DNA of 63,710 nt, the filler included, from Pseudomonadota bacterium (lineage in GTDB: Bacteria > Bdellovibrionota_F > JAHFAK01 > JBDREC01), in NCBI GenBank assembly GCA_043820105.1. It is 8 parts of 7 records of this genome, joined end to end, with 100 filler letters (N's around TTAATTAATTAA, not from the genome) between each part and the next. Parts side by side here need not be neighbours in the genome. Positions count along the whole stretch, not along the records: positions 1 to 8,686 come from JBDREC010000046.1; positions 8,787 to 18,713 come from JBDREC010000046.1; 6 more parts are not named here. One strand, written 5' to 3'. The stretch's first letter is position 1. Each line of letters starts with the position of its first letter. Made by a program: the position numbers and the translations under genes. Positions 1 to 8,876 of the stretch are shown here, piece by piece. The notes below the pieces were generated by a model. That model was not told where the DNA came from. It did not search any database and worked only from the letters and a program-made list of their open reading frames with translations.

Positions 1-170
1 CCGAATACTGAATACCAATTTCAGCCCAAGAGATCCTGAACTCGCCTTGTTCTCTTGTTCCCTTGCGCTCCTGTTCTCTTTTTATAAGCAATTTCCATGC
101 CAAAACCAGCAATTTCCTAAGTCCTTGATTTCATTGAAATCCGAAAATGCAAAAAACCTGCAAAACTCAA
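1..170 (-). repeat. Repeat module copy 1 (end of heptamer hairpin + purine-rich leader + sigma54 promoter region)
   Basis: ccgaatactgaatac..tcagcccaagagatcctgaactcgccttgttctcttgttcccttgcgctc recurs at ~1719-1910 (diverged) and 2766-2829 (leader only, near-identical). Confidence 0.9.
87..103 (-). promoter_or_regulatory. sigma54 (-24/-12) promoter facing left
   Basis: Minus strand reads TTGGCATGGAAATTGCT: GG(101,100)-N10-GC(89,88), matching the TGGCA-N7-TGC consensus. Confidence 0.8.
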
Positions 171-174
171 AAAG

Positions 175-275
175 TGACAAAAATTGTCAAGCGGGCTGAC
201 AAAAATTGTCACTCTTTTTCTAAGTGGCTGTTATTATGGGAAAAATTCGCCACGACAAGGTGACGAAAATTGTCA
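175..275. promoter_or_regulatory. Three TGAC-N7-GTCA palindromes, candidate enhancer-binding-protein (PilR/NtrC-family) sites
   Basis: Palindromes at 175-189, 197-211, 261-275 (offsets 22 and 64 bp), 75-175 bp upstream of the sigma54 site; the same spacing occurs at 61686-61786. Confidence 0.7.
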
Positions 276-366
276 CTCGGCTGAAAGCTACTATTAACGC
301 AGAAATGGTGGTTTTATTGTTAAAGAATAACCTGTAAATATTCGAGTAAATTTGGGTAAAACCAAA

Positions 367-394
367 TTGACAATCGAATAATTTTGGGTATAAT
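367..394 (+). promoter_or_regulatory. sigma70-type promoter for the AAA ATPase
   Basis: TTGACA(367-372)-N16-TATAAT(389-394); inverted repeat aatttgg..ccaaatt abuts the -35. Confidence 0.6.
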
Positions 395-446
395 AGAAAT
401 AAGTAGAAATAATTATTTATGCTTCTATCAGAAAGGAATTATTCAA

Positions 447-1601
447 TTGAAATTAACTATTACCAAAAATAGATATTTAAAAGATAATATAAAAGAAAAT
501 ATCAAAGATAAAATGATTTTTATTGGTGGTCCCAGGCAGGTTGGAAAAACAACCTTTGCTTTATCATATGTTGGTATTGAAAAGGGTGATCTGCATCCTG
601 CTTATTTGAATTGGGATATTAAAAGTCATAGAGATATGATAATAAAAGAAGAATTTCCTAAATTTGAGAATTTAATGATATTTGATGAAATTCATAAATA
701 CAGCAGGTGGCGTAGGTTAATGAAAGGCTTTTATGATGAATATTATCCAAAGAAAAATGTTATTGTTACAGGATCAGCGAGACTTGATTATTATAAAAAA
801 GGTGGAGATTCCCTGTTAGGCAGGTATAGATATTATAGATTGCATCCATACTCCTTAAGTGAAATCTCTAAAAATCCAAGCAATTCAGATCTTGAAGCTT
901 TGTTAAAGTTTGGCGGTTTTCCAGAACCACTTTCAAAATCTTCAGAAAATTCGTGGCGCTTATGGCAAAGAGAACGAATATCAAGAGTTATTGAAGATGA
1001 TTTAAGGGATCTGGAAAGGGTAAATGAAATTTCTTTATTAGAGGTATTAATGCAGGCATTGCCCGATAGGGTTGGATCATGTTTATCACTTCAAAGCCTA
1101 AGAGAAGATTTAGAAGTAAGCCATGATTCTATTGGAAGATGGCTCTGTATATTTGATAATCTTTATTTAACATTTAGAATTTCACCTTTCGGTTCACCTA
1201 AAATTAAGGCCGTGAAAAAAGAGCAAAAACTTTATTTCTGGGATTGGACACAGGTTCCTGATGAAGGGATTCGTTTCGAAAATATGGTGGCAGCTCAACT
1301 TTTAAAATATTGCCATTTTATAGAAGATACCAGCGGTTATAATATGGAGCTAAGATATATCAGAGACATAGAAAAAAGAGAAATTGATTTTGTTGTTTTG
1401 AAAGAAGGAAAGCCTTTATTTGCAGTTGAGTGCAAATTAAAATTTAGCAACGTTTCCAATGTCTTTAAATATTTTCGTTTAAGGGCAGAAATACCAAAAT
1501 ATTTTATTGTACATTTAGGAGAAAAAGATTTTGGAGATGAGGATATAAATGTCAGAGTTATTCCATTTATAAAATTTGTAAAACTATTGGATATGCCTTA
1601 G
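447..1601 (+). CDS. AAA_14 / DUF4143 ATPase (COG1373-type) with C-terminal PD-(D/E)xK-like domain
   Basis: GPRQVGKT Walker A, FDEIH Walker B, TGSA, GGFPE, FENMV, EIDFV..VECK; start moved from 384 to TTG 447 (after gaaagga RBS, downstream of the promoter). Confidence 0.88.
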   Translation: MKLTITKNRYLKDNIKENIKDKMIFIGGPRQVGKTTFALSYVGIEKGDLHPAYLNWDIKSHRDMIIKEEFPKFENLMIFDEIHKYSRWRRLMKGFYDEYYPKKNVIVTGSARLDYYKKGGDSLLGRYRYYRLHPYSLSEISKNPSNSDLEALLKFGGFPEPLSKSSENSWRLWQRERISRVIEDDLRDLERVNEISLLEVLMQALPDRVGSCLSLQSLREDLEVSHDSIGRWLCIFDNLYLTFRISPFGSPKIKAVKKEQKLYFWDWTQVPDEGIRFENMVAAQLLKYCHFIEDTSGYNMELRYIRDIEKREIDFVVLKEGKPLFAVECKLKFSNVSNVFKYFRLRAEIPKYFIVHLGEKDFGDEDINVRVIPFIKFVKLLDMP

Positions 1602-1661
1602 ATTGTTGTAATTTTTCAAATGCTGCCAGGGCACTTGTTTTGACAAATCAGGAAACATTAG

Positions 1662-1745
1662 AATTGGTATTCTGTATTCTGTAGTCAGTATTCAGAGAAG
1701 AAAACTGAATACTAAATACCGAATACTGAATACTGAATACAAATT
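1662..1745. repeat. Heptamer tandem-repeat hairpin type A (GTATTCA/TGAATAC)n
   Basis: Left arm aattggtattctgtattctgtagtcagtattcag, right arm ctgaatactaaataccgaatactgaatactgaatacaaatt. Confidence 0.85.
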
Positions 1746-1910
1746 TTAGCCCAAGGCATCCTGAAACAAGTTCAACATACCTCGCCTTGTTCTCTTGTTC
1801 CCTTGCATCTTTGTTTTCTTTTTTGCAAACAATTTCCATGTTAAAGCCTCAAATTTTTTAATCTCCTTAATTTCATTGAAAAGCAAAAATAGAAAATCCT
1901 TGCAAAATTT
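1719..1910 (-). repeat. Repeat module copy 2 (leader with ~14-nt insertion, decayed sigma54 site)
   Basis: Aligns with 1-170; -24 GG replaced (ttaacatggaaattgttt versus ttggcatggaaattgctt); no enhancer palindromes upstream. Confidence 0.85.
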
Positions 1911-1926
1911 AGCTTGGGTATGCTGC

Positions 1927-2178
1927 CTAATTAAATCGATTTTTATCGATCAAAGCTTCGGCGCATAGGTCTGCACCGCATTCCCATGATATTCCACCAG
2001 CCATGTCGATTTTGAATTTAGTAAATTCATTTTTATTTTTAATAATAGAAAATACACCAACGCTTTTGTTTAAAAATTCAGAAAAATCAATCAATCTTTT
2101 AGAACTATCATTAAAATAAAATAATAGCTTATAGCCTCCCTTTTTTTGAATTTTAACAATTTCGACATAATCTTTCAT
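1927..2178 (-). CDS. DUF2442-family protein (putative TA partner)
   Basis: 83 aa, YKLLFYFND..IDF..ISWECGADLCAEAL pattern; directly downstream of the DUF4160 gene. Confidence 0.8.
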   Translation of the reverse strand: MKDYVEIVKIQKKGGYKLLFYFNDSSKRLIDFSEFLNKSVGVFSIIKNKNEFTKFKIDMAGGISWECGADLCAEALIDKNRFN

Positions 2179-2191
2179 CTATCTTCCTTTT

Positions 2192-2455
2192 CTAATCTAG
2201 GGGCTCAACGGAAGGCAAAGGGCTAACTTTATCCATTGCCAGTTTCCAGACTTTTAATAATTCCTTGTCCCTTAATTTTATCCATTTTTTGACAAGCTTA
2301 TCAGCAGTGTTTGCCATATTGCCAGTCAATCTTTTACCTGTTTTTATTTCATAGGTTGCTTTATATCCGCTATAAATTGCGTGAATATGAGGGGGATTGT
2401 GTTCTTCGTAATACAAGTAGATAATAATACCATAAAAATAACTAATTTGAGGCAT
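2192..2455 (-). CDS. DUF4160-family protein (putative TA partner)
   Basis: MPQISYFYGIIIYLYYEEHNPPHIHA signature, ends SVEPLD. Confidence 0.88.
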   Translation of the reverse strand: MPQISYFYGIIIYLYYEEHNPPHIHAIYSGYKATYEIKTGKRLTGNMANTADKLVKKWIKLRDKELLKVWKLAMDKVSPLPSVEPLD

Positions 2456-2690
2456 AAAATAAACCTTTTTCCACTTTTAAAGTTTCAATTTACTAAATCT
2501 TATCTCAAAAGTCAAAAGTTTCTATAAACACCTGTCCTTTCGGATATAATCAAGGACTGCAATATAATCTGAATCAAGTTAAAGATGAAAAACAACATGT
2601 TAAATTTAAATACATCCTAGGAAGCGGACAATTTTCTGGACAAGGAAGACCCCATCGTTCCGACGAGCTGTATATGGCCCTTTTCCATTT

Positions 2691-2764
2691 AAAATTGATT
2701 GTTAATTATTGATTATTAAATTACTATCGAATCCAGAAATTTTCAATAACCAACAATCAATTTT
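2691..2764. repeat. Heptamer-repeat hairpin type B (ATTGATT/AATCAAT-like)
   Basis: aaaattgattgttaattattga ... tcaataaccaacaatcaatttt; near-duplicate at 4460-4548. Confidence 0.85.
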
Positions 2765-2765
2765 C

Positions 2766-2829
2766 AATTTCAGCCCAAGAGATCCTGAACTCGCCTTGTT
2801 CTCTTGTTCCCTTGCGCTCTTGTTCTCTT
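2766..2829 (-). repeat. Repeat module copy 3 (leader only)
   Basis: aatttcagcccaagagatcctgaactcgccttgttctcttgttcccttgcgctcttgttctctt is nearly identical to 17-80. Confidence 0.9.
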
Positions 2830-2887
2830 AAAAAGCGCTTGTTCCTTTTTTCCATAATGTCGCCCGGCGACTTTGCCTGGATCTTTT

Positions 2888-4126
2888 TCAGGTCAATTTC
2901 CCCAAAAGTTCATTTATATATTTCTTATTTATTTGATACGCGTTTTGTTTTTTATTCAGACTTAGCTTATTTAAAATATTTTTCTTCGCCAGGCTGTTTA
3001 GTTCTACCCTTGCCATTTCATGTGATTTTTTAATGTCTTTTGCATATTCAGTTATCGTAAGTCTTTTATGCTTATTTAGAAATAATTTTTGAATTAACAT
3101 TAGTTGATGGTTCGAGATATCTAATGTTTTTTTCAAAACTTGAATTTTTAAAACTCTGTCGATCTTTTCTTTTACTGTTAATAGTGCATTTAGGAGAGCT
3201 TCAAGGTTGAAGTTAACAAAATACGTAATATCCCCATCATGAGTAACGGCTCTTTTAAATGATTCATCATATTGTTTGTTGTGTTTTTTTAAATAAGCAG
3301 AAAGGGAAAGTAATTCAAGAAAAGGCAAGTCATTCTTCATGCCAAAATGATAAAATAAGGTCCTTGCACACCGTCCATTTCCATCAAAAAATGGATGTAT
3401 ATAAGCAATAAAATAATGCAGCATTATGCCCCTGATTAATTCATGAATATACCTGGGATATTCTGTGCAATGAGAAATTGCCTCTTGCACTGCGATCTCG
3501 ATTTTTTCGTATTCTATTCCTTCATGGTCTGCAACAAATACCGGATCATCCCTAAATTTGCCGATGTAATCAATGTATTTACCCTCTAAGGTGTTATTTG
3601 TGACTATGTGATGTATGTTTAAGACGGCGTTAATATCTAATTGCATGCTTACATTTTTCTTGATCCACCTTAGTGCCTCTGTATTATTAAAACACATCCA
3701 ATCAGCTTTATTTTTTGGTTTAATATTTTGCGCCAGGAATTCTTTTGCTTTTCTTCTTGTTGTGTTTGCTCCTTCATAAATAGCCGAAGTAATAGCTTCT
3801 TCAACTAATGAATTATCAAGCAATGATTCTTCAAAATCCTGCTTAAGATGTATTTGATTATAGATTTTGCTTCCAATATTTACTATTTTTAATATTTTTT
3901 CTTTAATGCAGTCTGCCTCAAAATACCAAAAAGTTTTATTAATAGAAGGAAATTTAAATTGAAAAGACTGTAGTCTTCTTGTTTCCTGAAACTGATTTTT
4001 TAAATCTTTCCATTCTTTTTGATTTTTGTTGAAGCCCTTTCTGTGGCGAATATCATCTAAGGGCAAATATCTTTTATGCGAATATTTTATCCAATCTTCA
4101 CTAACTATAAAATCCAGGTTATTCAA
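2888..4126 (-). CDS. Fic family protein with C-terminal HTH
   Basis: HPFFDGNGRCAR Fic motif; EEAITSAIYEGA N-terminal motif. Confidence 0.92.
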   Translation of the reverse strand: MNNLDFIVSEDWIKYSHKRYLPLDDIRHRKGFNKNQKEWKDLKNQFQETRRLQSFQFKFPSINKTFWYFEADCIKEKILKIVNIGSKIYNQIHLKQDFEESLLDNSLVEEAITSAIYEGANTTRRKAKEFLAQNIKPKNKADWMCFNNTEALRWIKKNVSMQLDINAVLNIHHIVTNNTLEGKYIDYIGKFRDDPVFVADHEGIEYEKIEIAVQEAISHCTEYPRYIHELIRGIMLHYFIAYIHPFFDGNGRCARTLFYHFGMKNDLPFLELLSLSAYLKKHNKQYDESFKRAVTHDGDITYFVNFNLEALLNALLTVKEKIDRVLKIQVLKKTLDISNHQLMLIQKLFLNKHKRLTITEYAKDIKKSHEMARVELNSLAKKNILNKLSLNKKQNAYQINKKYINELLGKLT

Positions 4127-4459
4127 TTTATAAGTCCTAAAATTTATTTAATTATTAAAACTATAATATAAATAAAATTTATTTGCAAACAAATATCCAA
4201 ATTATTTGCCTGAAACTTGGACATATCTGTTGCGGGAGATATATGTCAAGTCATTCTTGTTACGCTTAATTAAATAATAACAAGAGGTTAAGTGCTGTTT
4301 GCTTGTCTGAATACAGACCGTTTCTATCTCCAAGTAAATTTGGAAATACTTTTAATCATGAAACATTAGCAATAAAAGGGGAAGCCCCTGAGTTTTTTCC
4401 ATGTTAACTTAATGGTATTATTGCCTTTTGGTACAAGCCCGTCTGGCACTTCCTCATTA

Positions 4460-4548
4460 ATAATTGAAAATTGATTGTTGATTATTGATTATTAAATTAC
4501 TGCTGAACCACAAAAATTTTCAATAACCAACAATCAATTCTCAATTAT
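4460..4548. repeat. Heptamer-repeat hairpin type B, second copy
   Basis: ataattgaaaattgattgttgattattga ... tcaataaccaacaatcaattctcaattat. Confidence 0.85.
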
Positions 4549-4686
4549 CACTTTTAGCACAAAGACCACTGAATCAATTTAAAAATGTGAATATTCATCC
4601 AGCAACCAGCAACCAAACTTATTCCTTGATTTTCCATAATACTGATATATATATTCCGTTGATTTAAATTAATGGATCTAATTTCA

Positions 4687-6447
4687 ATGCTAAGTAGCCT
4701 AAAAATATCAAATTTTGCCCTTATTGACCATATGGATCTTGAGTTTTCTAAGGGCTTTAATGTTATAACTGGTGAAACTGGTGCAAGCAAAACCATTATT
4801 TTAGAGGCAGCTAATTTTTTGACTGGTGGTAGAGCCTCTTTAAATATTATTAAAACTGGAAAAGCAGAGGCGTTTGTAGAAGGTTTTTTTGAAGGAAAAT
4901 TCATTGATCATATTAATCCTTTATTAGATGAAATGGGGATTAATCTTGATGAAAATATAATTATTAAAAGAATTATTAAGAAAAACGGTTCAAATAGAAT
5001 TTTTATTAATGGCTCAAATGTAAACCTTTCTACTCTTGAAAAAATTGGAAAATATCTCATTGATTATTCAGGGCAGTTTGAGCATCAGCACTTACTTAAA
5101 GCTGAAAATCAGTTGAAATTGCTTGATAGCTTATCTGGATGCGATGATTTGCTTAATGAGCATCTTTGTTTGTTTCTAAAACTTAAAGAAGCTGATGAAA
5201 AAATTCAAAATCTTTTAAACATGGAAAGCAAGAGACAAGAACAAATATCCTTTCTTAGTTTTAGGCTATCAGAACTTGAAAAAATTGACCTTTCAGCTGA
5301 AGCAGAAGAACAAATTAATGAGCGATTTAAAGTAATCAGAAATTCAAAAACTTTAAATGAGGACATAGAGTTTTGTGATAATCTCATTTACTCAAAAGAT
5401 GATTCAATGATTTCACAACTTTCCTCGCTTGAAGAAAAAATTTCCTATTTATCTGAGTTTTTTCCAAGCTTAAGTGTCTATAAAAAAGATTTTGAAAGTT
5501 TTTCTGAATCTGCAAATGAATTTGTGCGTGAATTATGGGCGCTTAAAGAGTCTGTAACTTTTGATGAAAGTGAGTTGATTGAAATTGAAGAAAAACTCTC
5601 ACAAATTTTTGAAATAAAGCGTAAGTACGCTATGGACCTGGATGAAATTGCTCGTGAAAAAGAAACAATGGAAGCCCAGCTTAATGAACTCAAAAATTAT
5701 GAGCATAATTTAAAAGAAAGTTTTTTTGAATATAATAAAGCCTTTGATAAGCTTTTAGAAGTTAGTAATAAGCTTTCAATAAAGAGGCAAAAAAAATCTA
5801 AAATAATATCAAAAATGATTTCCAGTGAACTTGAAAAACTGGGAATAGTTAAAAATAGCTTTTCAATTGAGCTAATTGAGGTTTCAAAGGAAATTAAAGG
5901 AAAATATAATACTGCAACATTTTCAAATGAAAAACCCATTAAGCTTACTAAAAATGGCAAAGAAAAAGCTTCTTTTATTTTTGCTCCGAATCCTGGACAA
6001 GAAGGCAAGCTGTTAAATCAGATTATTTCAGGCGGGGAACTATCTCGAGTTTTACTTGCAATAAAAGCAGTTCAAAATCAGGACACAAAATATCTTACGA
6101 AAGAAAGTTTTAGTGTTGATACTTTAATTTTAGATGAAGTTGATTCAGGCATTGGTGGGCAAGTAGCCATAAGTGTTTCTGAAATGCTTTCATGCATATC
6201 AAAAGCAACACAGCTAATATGTATTTCTCATCTGGCCCCAATAGCAGGCGCTGCTGATGCTCACTTTGTTGTTACTAAATCGCCATCTGAAAAAGAAACG
6301 CTTGTTAAAATAAATAAAATAAGTTTAAAGGAAAGAGAATCTGAGATCGCTAGAATGATTTCAGGAGATGGAAGCTTAACAAACTCACTTGCTCTGGCTC
6401 GTGATATTTTGGAGAAAAATAATGGCCAAGTCTTACGGAATAACTGA
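4687..6447 (+). CDS. recN: DNA repair protein RecN
   Basis: MLSSLKISNFALID..ITGETGASKT, long coiled coil, SGGELSR, LILDEVDSGIGG, ISHLAPIA; ORF track start is 4672. Confidence 0.95.
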   Translation: MLSSLKISNFALIDHMDLEFSKGFNVITGETGASKTIILEAANFLTGGRASLNIIKTGKAEAFVEGFFEGKFIDHINPLLDEMGINLDENIIIKRIIKKNGSNRIFINGSNVNLSTLEKIGKYLIDYSGQFEHQHLLKAENQLKLLDSLSGCDDLLNEHLCLFLKLKEADEKIQNLLNMESKRQEQISFLSFRLSELEKIDLSAEAEEQINERFKVIRNSKTLNEDIEFCDNLIYSKDDSMISQLSSLEEKISYLSEFFPSLSVYKKDFESFSESANEFVRELWALKESVTFDESELIEIEEKLSQIFEIKRKYAMDLDEIAREKETMEAQLNELKNYEHNLKESFFEYNKAFDKLLEVSNKLSIKRQKKSKIISKMISSELEKLGIVKNSFSIELIEVSKEIKGKYNTATFSNEKPIKLTKNGKEKASFIFAPNPGQEGKLLNQIISGGELSRVLLAIKAVQNQDTKYLTKESFSVDTLILDEVDSGIGGQVAISVSEMLSCISKATQLICISHLAPIAGAADAHFVVTKSPSEKETLVKINKISLKERESEIARMISGDGSLTNSLALARDILEKNNGQVLRNN

Positions 6448-7163
6448 TATAGGCAACGTAAGAAAAAATAATGAGGACAACTACTTTCTTGATGATTATA
6501 ATAATGTTTATGTTGTAGCTGATGGAATGGGAGGTCATGCAGGTGGTGAAGAAGCAAGCAAAATTGTTGTTTTTACCTTTCAAGAACTCGTTGAAAAAAA
6601 TAAAAATATTTTTTCCTCCGAGAAGGACTCAAAAAGGGTAAGTGATTTAAAAAACTTTCTTTGTGAATGCTTTTCTTTATCAAACAGAAGGATTTATGAA
6701 GAAACATTACACGATACTTCGCTTATGGGAATGGGTACAACTTGTACCGCATGTGCCATTAATGGTAGAGAAGCTGTTTTTTCACACATCGGTGATTCAC
6801 GAGCTTATATCTTTTCAAATGGTGAAATAGCCCAGGTTACAGAAGATCATTCCTATGTTTATGAACAAGTGAAAAAAGGCGTTCTAACAAAGAAGCAAGC
6901 AGAAACTCATTTTCTGAAAAATGTAATAACAAGATCACTTGGGGTTGGGGAAAATATTGAGATTGATGTTATAGTAAAAAAAAATTAAAGCTAATGATAG
7001 GATCTTATTGTGCACAGATGGCTTAACTAATTTTGTTAATGAATTTGATATGATTGAAATATTATCAAAACATAATTCTAGTAAAGCTGTCTTAAAACTT
7101 TTAGAGATGGTCTTAGGCAGAGGTGGCGATGATAATATTTCTTTGATAATTGTTGAGGTTTAA
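6422..7163 (+). pseudogene. PP2C/Stp1 Ser/Thr phosphatase, frameshifted at an A9 run
   Basis: TDIGNVRKNNED, VADGMGGH, HIGDSRAY, ITRSLG; continues in another frame after 6976-6984 as IKANDRILLCTDGL...GGDDNISLIIVEV* (stop 7161-7163). Confidence 0.85.
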
Positions 7164-7168
7164 CTTTT

Positions 7169-8437
7169 TTGATAAAAAGAATTTTAGGAAACACATATTA
7201 TAACTTTGAATTTTTCTTAAGCTTAAAATACATGCTTTCTAAGAAGAACAATAAGTTCATTTCATTGATAACCATGATCTCTGTTTTGGCTGTAGCTATT
7301 GGTGTAACTGCTTTGGTTTCAGTGCTTTCAGTAATGGCTGGTTTTGAAGACGAGTTAAAGTCAAAGATGCTAGGGTCACATGCCCCTGTTTTATTATTAA
7401 AATATGCAGGCTCTTCCATTGATGATTATGAGAGGCTTTCAGATAAGGTTAGCCAGGTGAAAGGTGTTACAGGTGTTAGCCCGGTTATTATTAAAGAAGG
7501 AATGTTAATTGCTGAAAATGGCTTAACCGCAGGTGTTATGGTAAATGGAGTAGATGTTAATCGTGCACCAAGTGTTTCAGAGATATGCAAATTAATTGAT
7601 AATGCTGGCAAATTGAAAGCACTGGAATCTACAGGTGCTGACGGAATACCTGCAATTATAATTAGCCAGGGACTTTCAAGACAGCTTGTTGTTGGAACTG
7701 GAGAAGTAATAAGCTTATTGTCTCCTTTTGGCGAAATCACCCCATTTGGCAATCAACCTCGCATAATGAAGTTTAGAATTGGTGCGATTTTTGAATCAGG
7801 TCTATATGAGTTTGAAGCAAAGTTTGTTTATTTATCACTATTGCAAGCTCAAAATTTCTTTTCATATGGTGAAACGGTTAATGAAATTGATATAAATGTT
7901 AACAATATTGACAATGCCTCGGCAATAGCCTCTGAAATAAATGTAAGCCTTGGAGCTCCTTACTATACAAGGGATTGGACTGACTATTCAGCTAATTTAC
8001 TTGATGCTCTGAAACTTGAAAAAACAGTTATGTTTGTTATTTTAACAATGATAATATTAGTTGCTGCTTTTAACATAATCGCTATGCTTATTATGATTGT
8101 CATGGAAAAGGGTAAAGATATTGCTATTCTTAAATCAATGGGAGCAAGTAATAAAAGTGTAATGAAAATATTTATAACTGTTGGCATGTTAATAGGATTT
8201 TTTGGAACAAGCTTAGGTTTGATTTTGGGATATGGTGTTTCTTTATTTTTAAAAGAATATATCAAATTTCCATTAAATCCACAGGTTTATTATATTAGCA
8301 CCTTACCTGTAAAAATTGTTTATTCAGACTATTTGGCAGTAGCTGCTGCTGCGTTGATAATTTGTTTTTTAGCCACAATATATCCATCATGGAAGGCCTC
8401 ACGCCTAACTCCAATAGATGGTTTAAGGTATGAATGA
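7169..8437 (+). CDS. lolE: Lipoprotein-releasing ABC permease LolC/E family
   Basis: FISLITMISVLAVAIGVTAL..VLSVMAGF, EKGKDIAILKSMGA, ATIYPSWKASRLTPIDGLRYE. Confidence 0.9.
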   Translation: MIKRILGNTYYNFEFFLSLKYMLSKKNNKFISLITMISVLAVAIGVTALVSVLSVMAGFEDELKSKMLGSHAPVLLLKYAGSSIDDYERLSDKVSQVKGVTGVSPVIIKEGMLIAENGLTAGVMVNGVDVNRAPSVSEICKLIDNAGKLKALESTGADGIPAIIISQGLSRQLVVGTGEVISLLSPFGEITPFGNQPRIMKFRIGAIFESGLYEFEAKFVYLSLLQAQNFFSYGETVNEIDINVNNIDNASAIASEINVSLGAPYYTRDWTDYSANLLDALKLEKTVMFVILTMIILVAAFNIIAMLIMIVMEKGKDIAILKSMGASNKSVMKIFITVGMLIGFFGTSLGLILGYGVSLFLKEYIKFPLNPQVYYISTLPVKIVYSDYLAVAAAALIICFLATIYPSWKASRLTPIDGLRYE

Positions 8438-8440
8438 TTA

Positions 8441-8686
8441 ATGAGTGATTATTTAGTTGAAGCAAAAAATATATGTAAAACCTTTACAAAGGCTCAAAAT
8501 AAACTTGAGATCCTAAAAGGTTTAGATATTCAAGTTAAACGAGGTGAGTCTATTTCTATTGTTGGTGCTTCTGGTGTCGGAAAGTCAACCTTGCTTCATA
8601 TTCTTGGAACCCTGGATGAGCCAACAAGTGGAGAAATTTATTACGAATCGTCTCTAATAAGCAAGTATTCTAAAAAACAACTTTGT
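8441..8686 (+). CDS. lolD: LolD ABC ATPase, 5' part (cut by gap)
   Basis: GASGVGKSTLLHILGTLDEPTSG; follows lolC/E. Confidence 0.88.
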
Positions 8687-8786
8687 NNNNNNNNNNNNNN
8701 NNNNNNNNNNNNNNNNNNNNNNNNNNNNNNTTAATTAATTAANNNNNNNNNNNNNNNNNNNNNNNNNNNNNNNNNNNNNNNNNNNN
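8687..8786. other. Artificial contig linker (others at 18714-18813, 24360-24459, 41744-41843, 45665-45764, 59354-59453, 61559-61658)
   Basis: 100-nt N run with central TTAATTAATTAA (stops in all six frames), identical each time. Confidence 0.98.
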
Positions 8787-8787
8787 T

Positions 8788-8874
8788 ACTTCTTATTTAA
8801 AAAAGATTATTGACGTCGGATTTGATGGTGTATATTTAGATATTATTGATGCCTATGAATATTTTGAAGAGTAA
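8788..8874 (+). CDS. C-terminal fragment of a GH114/TM1410-like endo-alpha-1,4-polygalactosaminidase (not in ORF track)
   Basis: Own translation: TSYLKKIIDVGFDGVYLDIIDAYEYFEE*; stop lies just before the tex start. Confidence 0.7.
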   Translation, partial: TSYLKKIIDVGFDGVYLDIIDAYEYFEE

Positions 8875-8876
8875 AA

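Noticed and set aside
1648-1839. 63-aa ORF (SIQYSVFSIQ..)
   Set aside because: It is simply the translation of the leader and heptamer hairpin.
1-4550. Integron or CRISPR interpretation of the repeats
   Set aside because: No intI, no attC RYYYAAC/GTTRRRY box structure recognised, cargo on both strands, and no equal-length repeat-spacer units.
8687-8786. TTAATTAATTAA within N runs, seven times
   Set aside because: Artificial six-frame-stop contig linker, not biology; ORFs running into X residues are artefacts of it.
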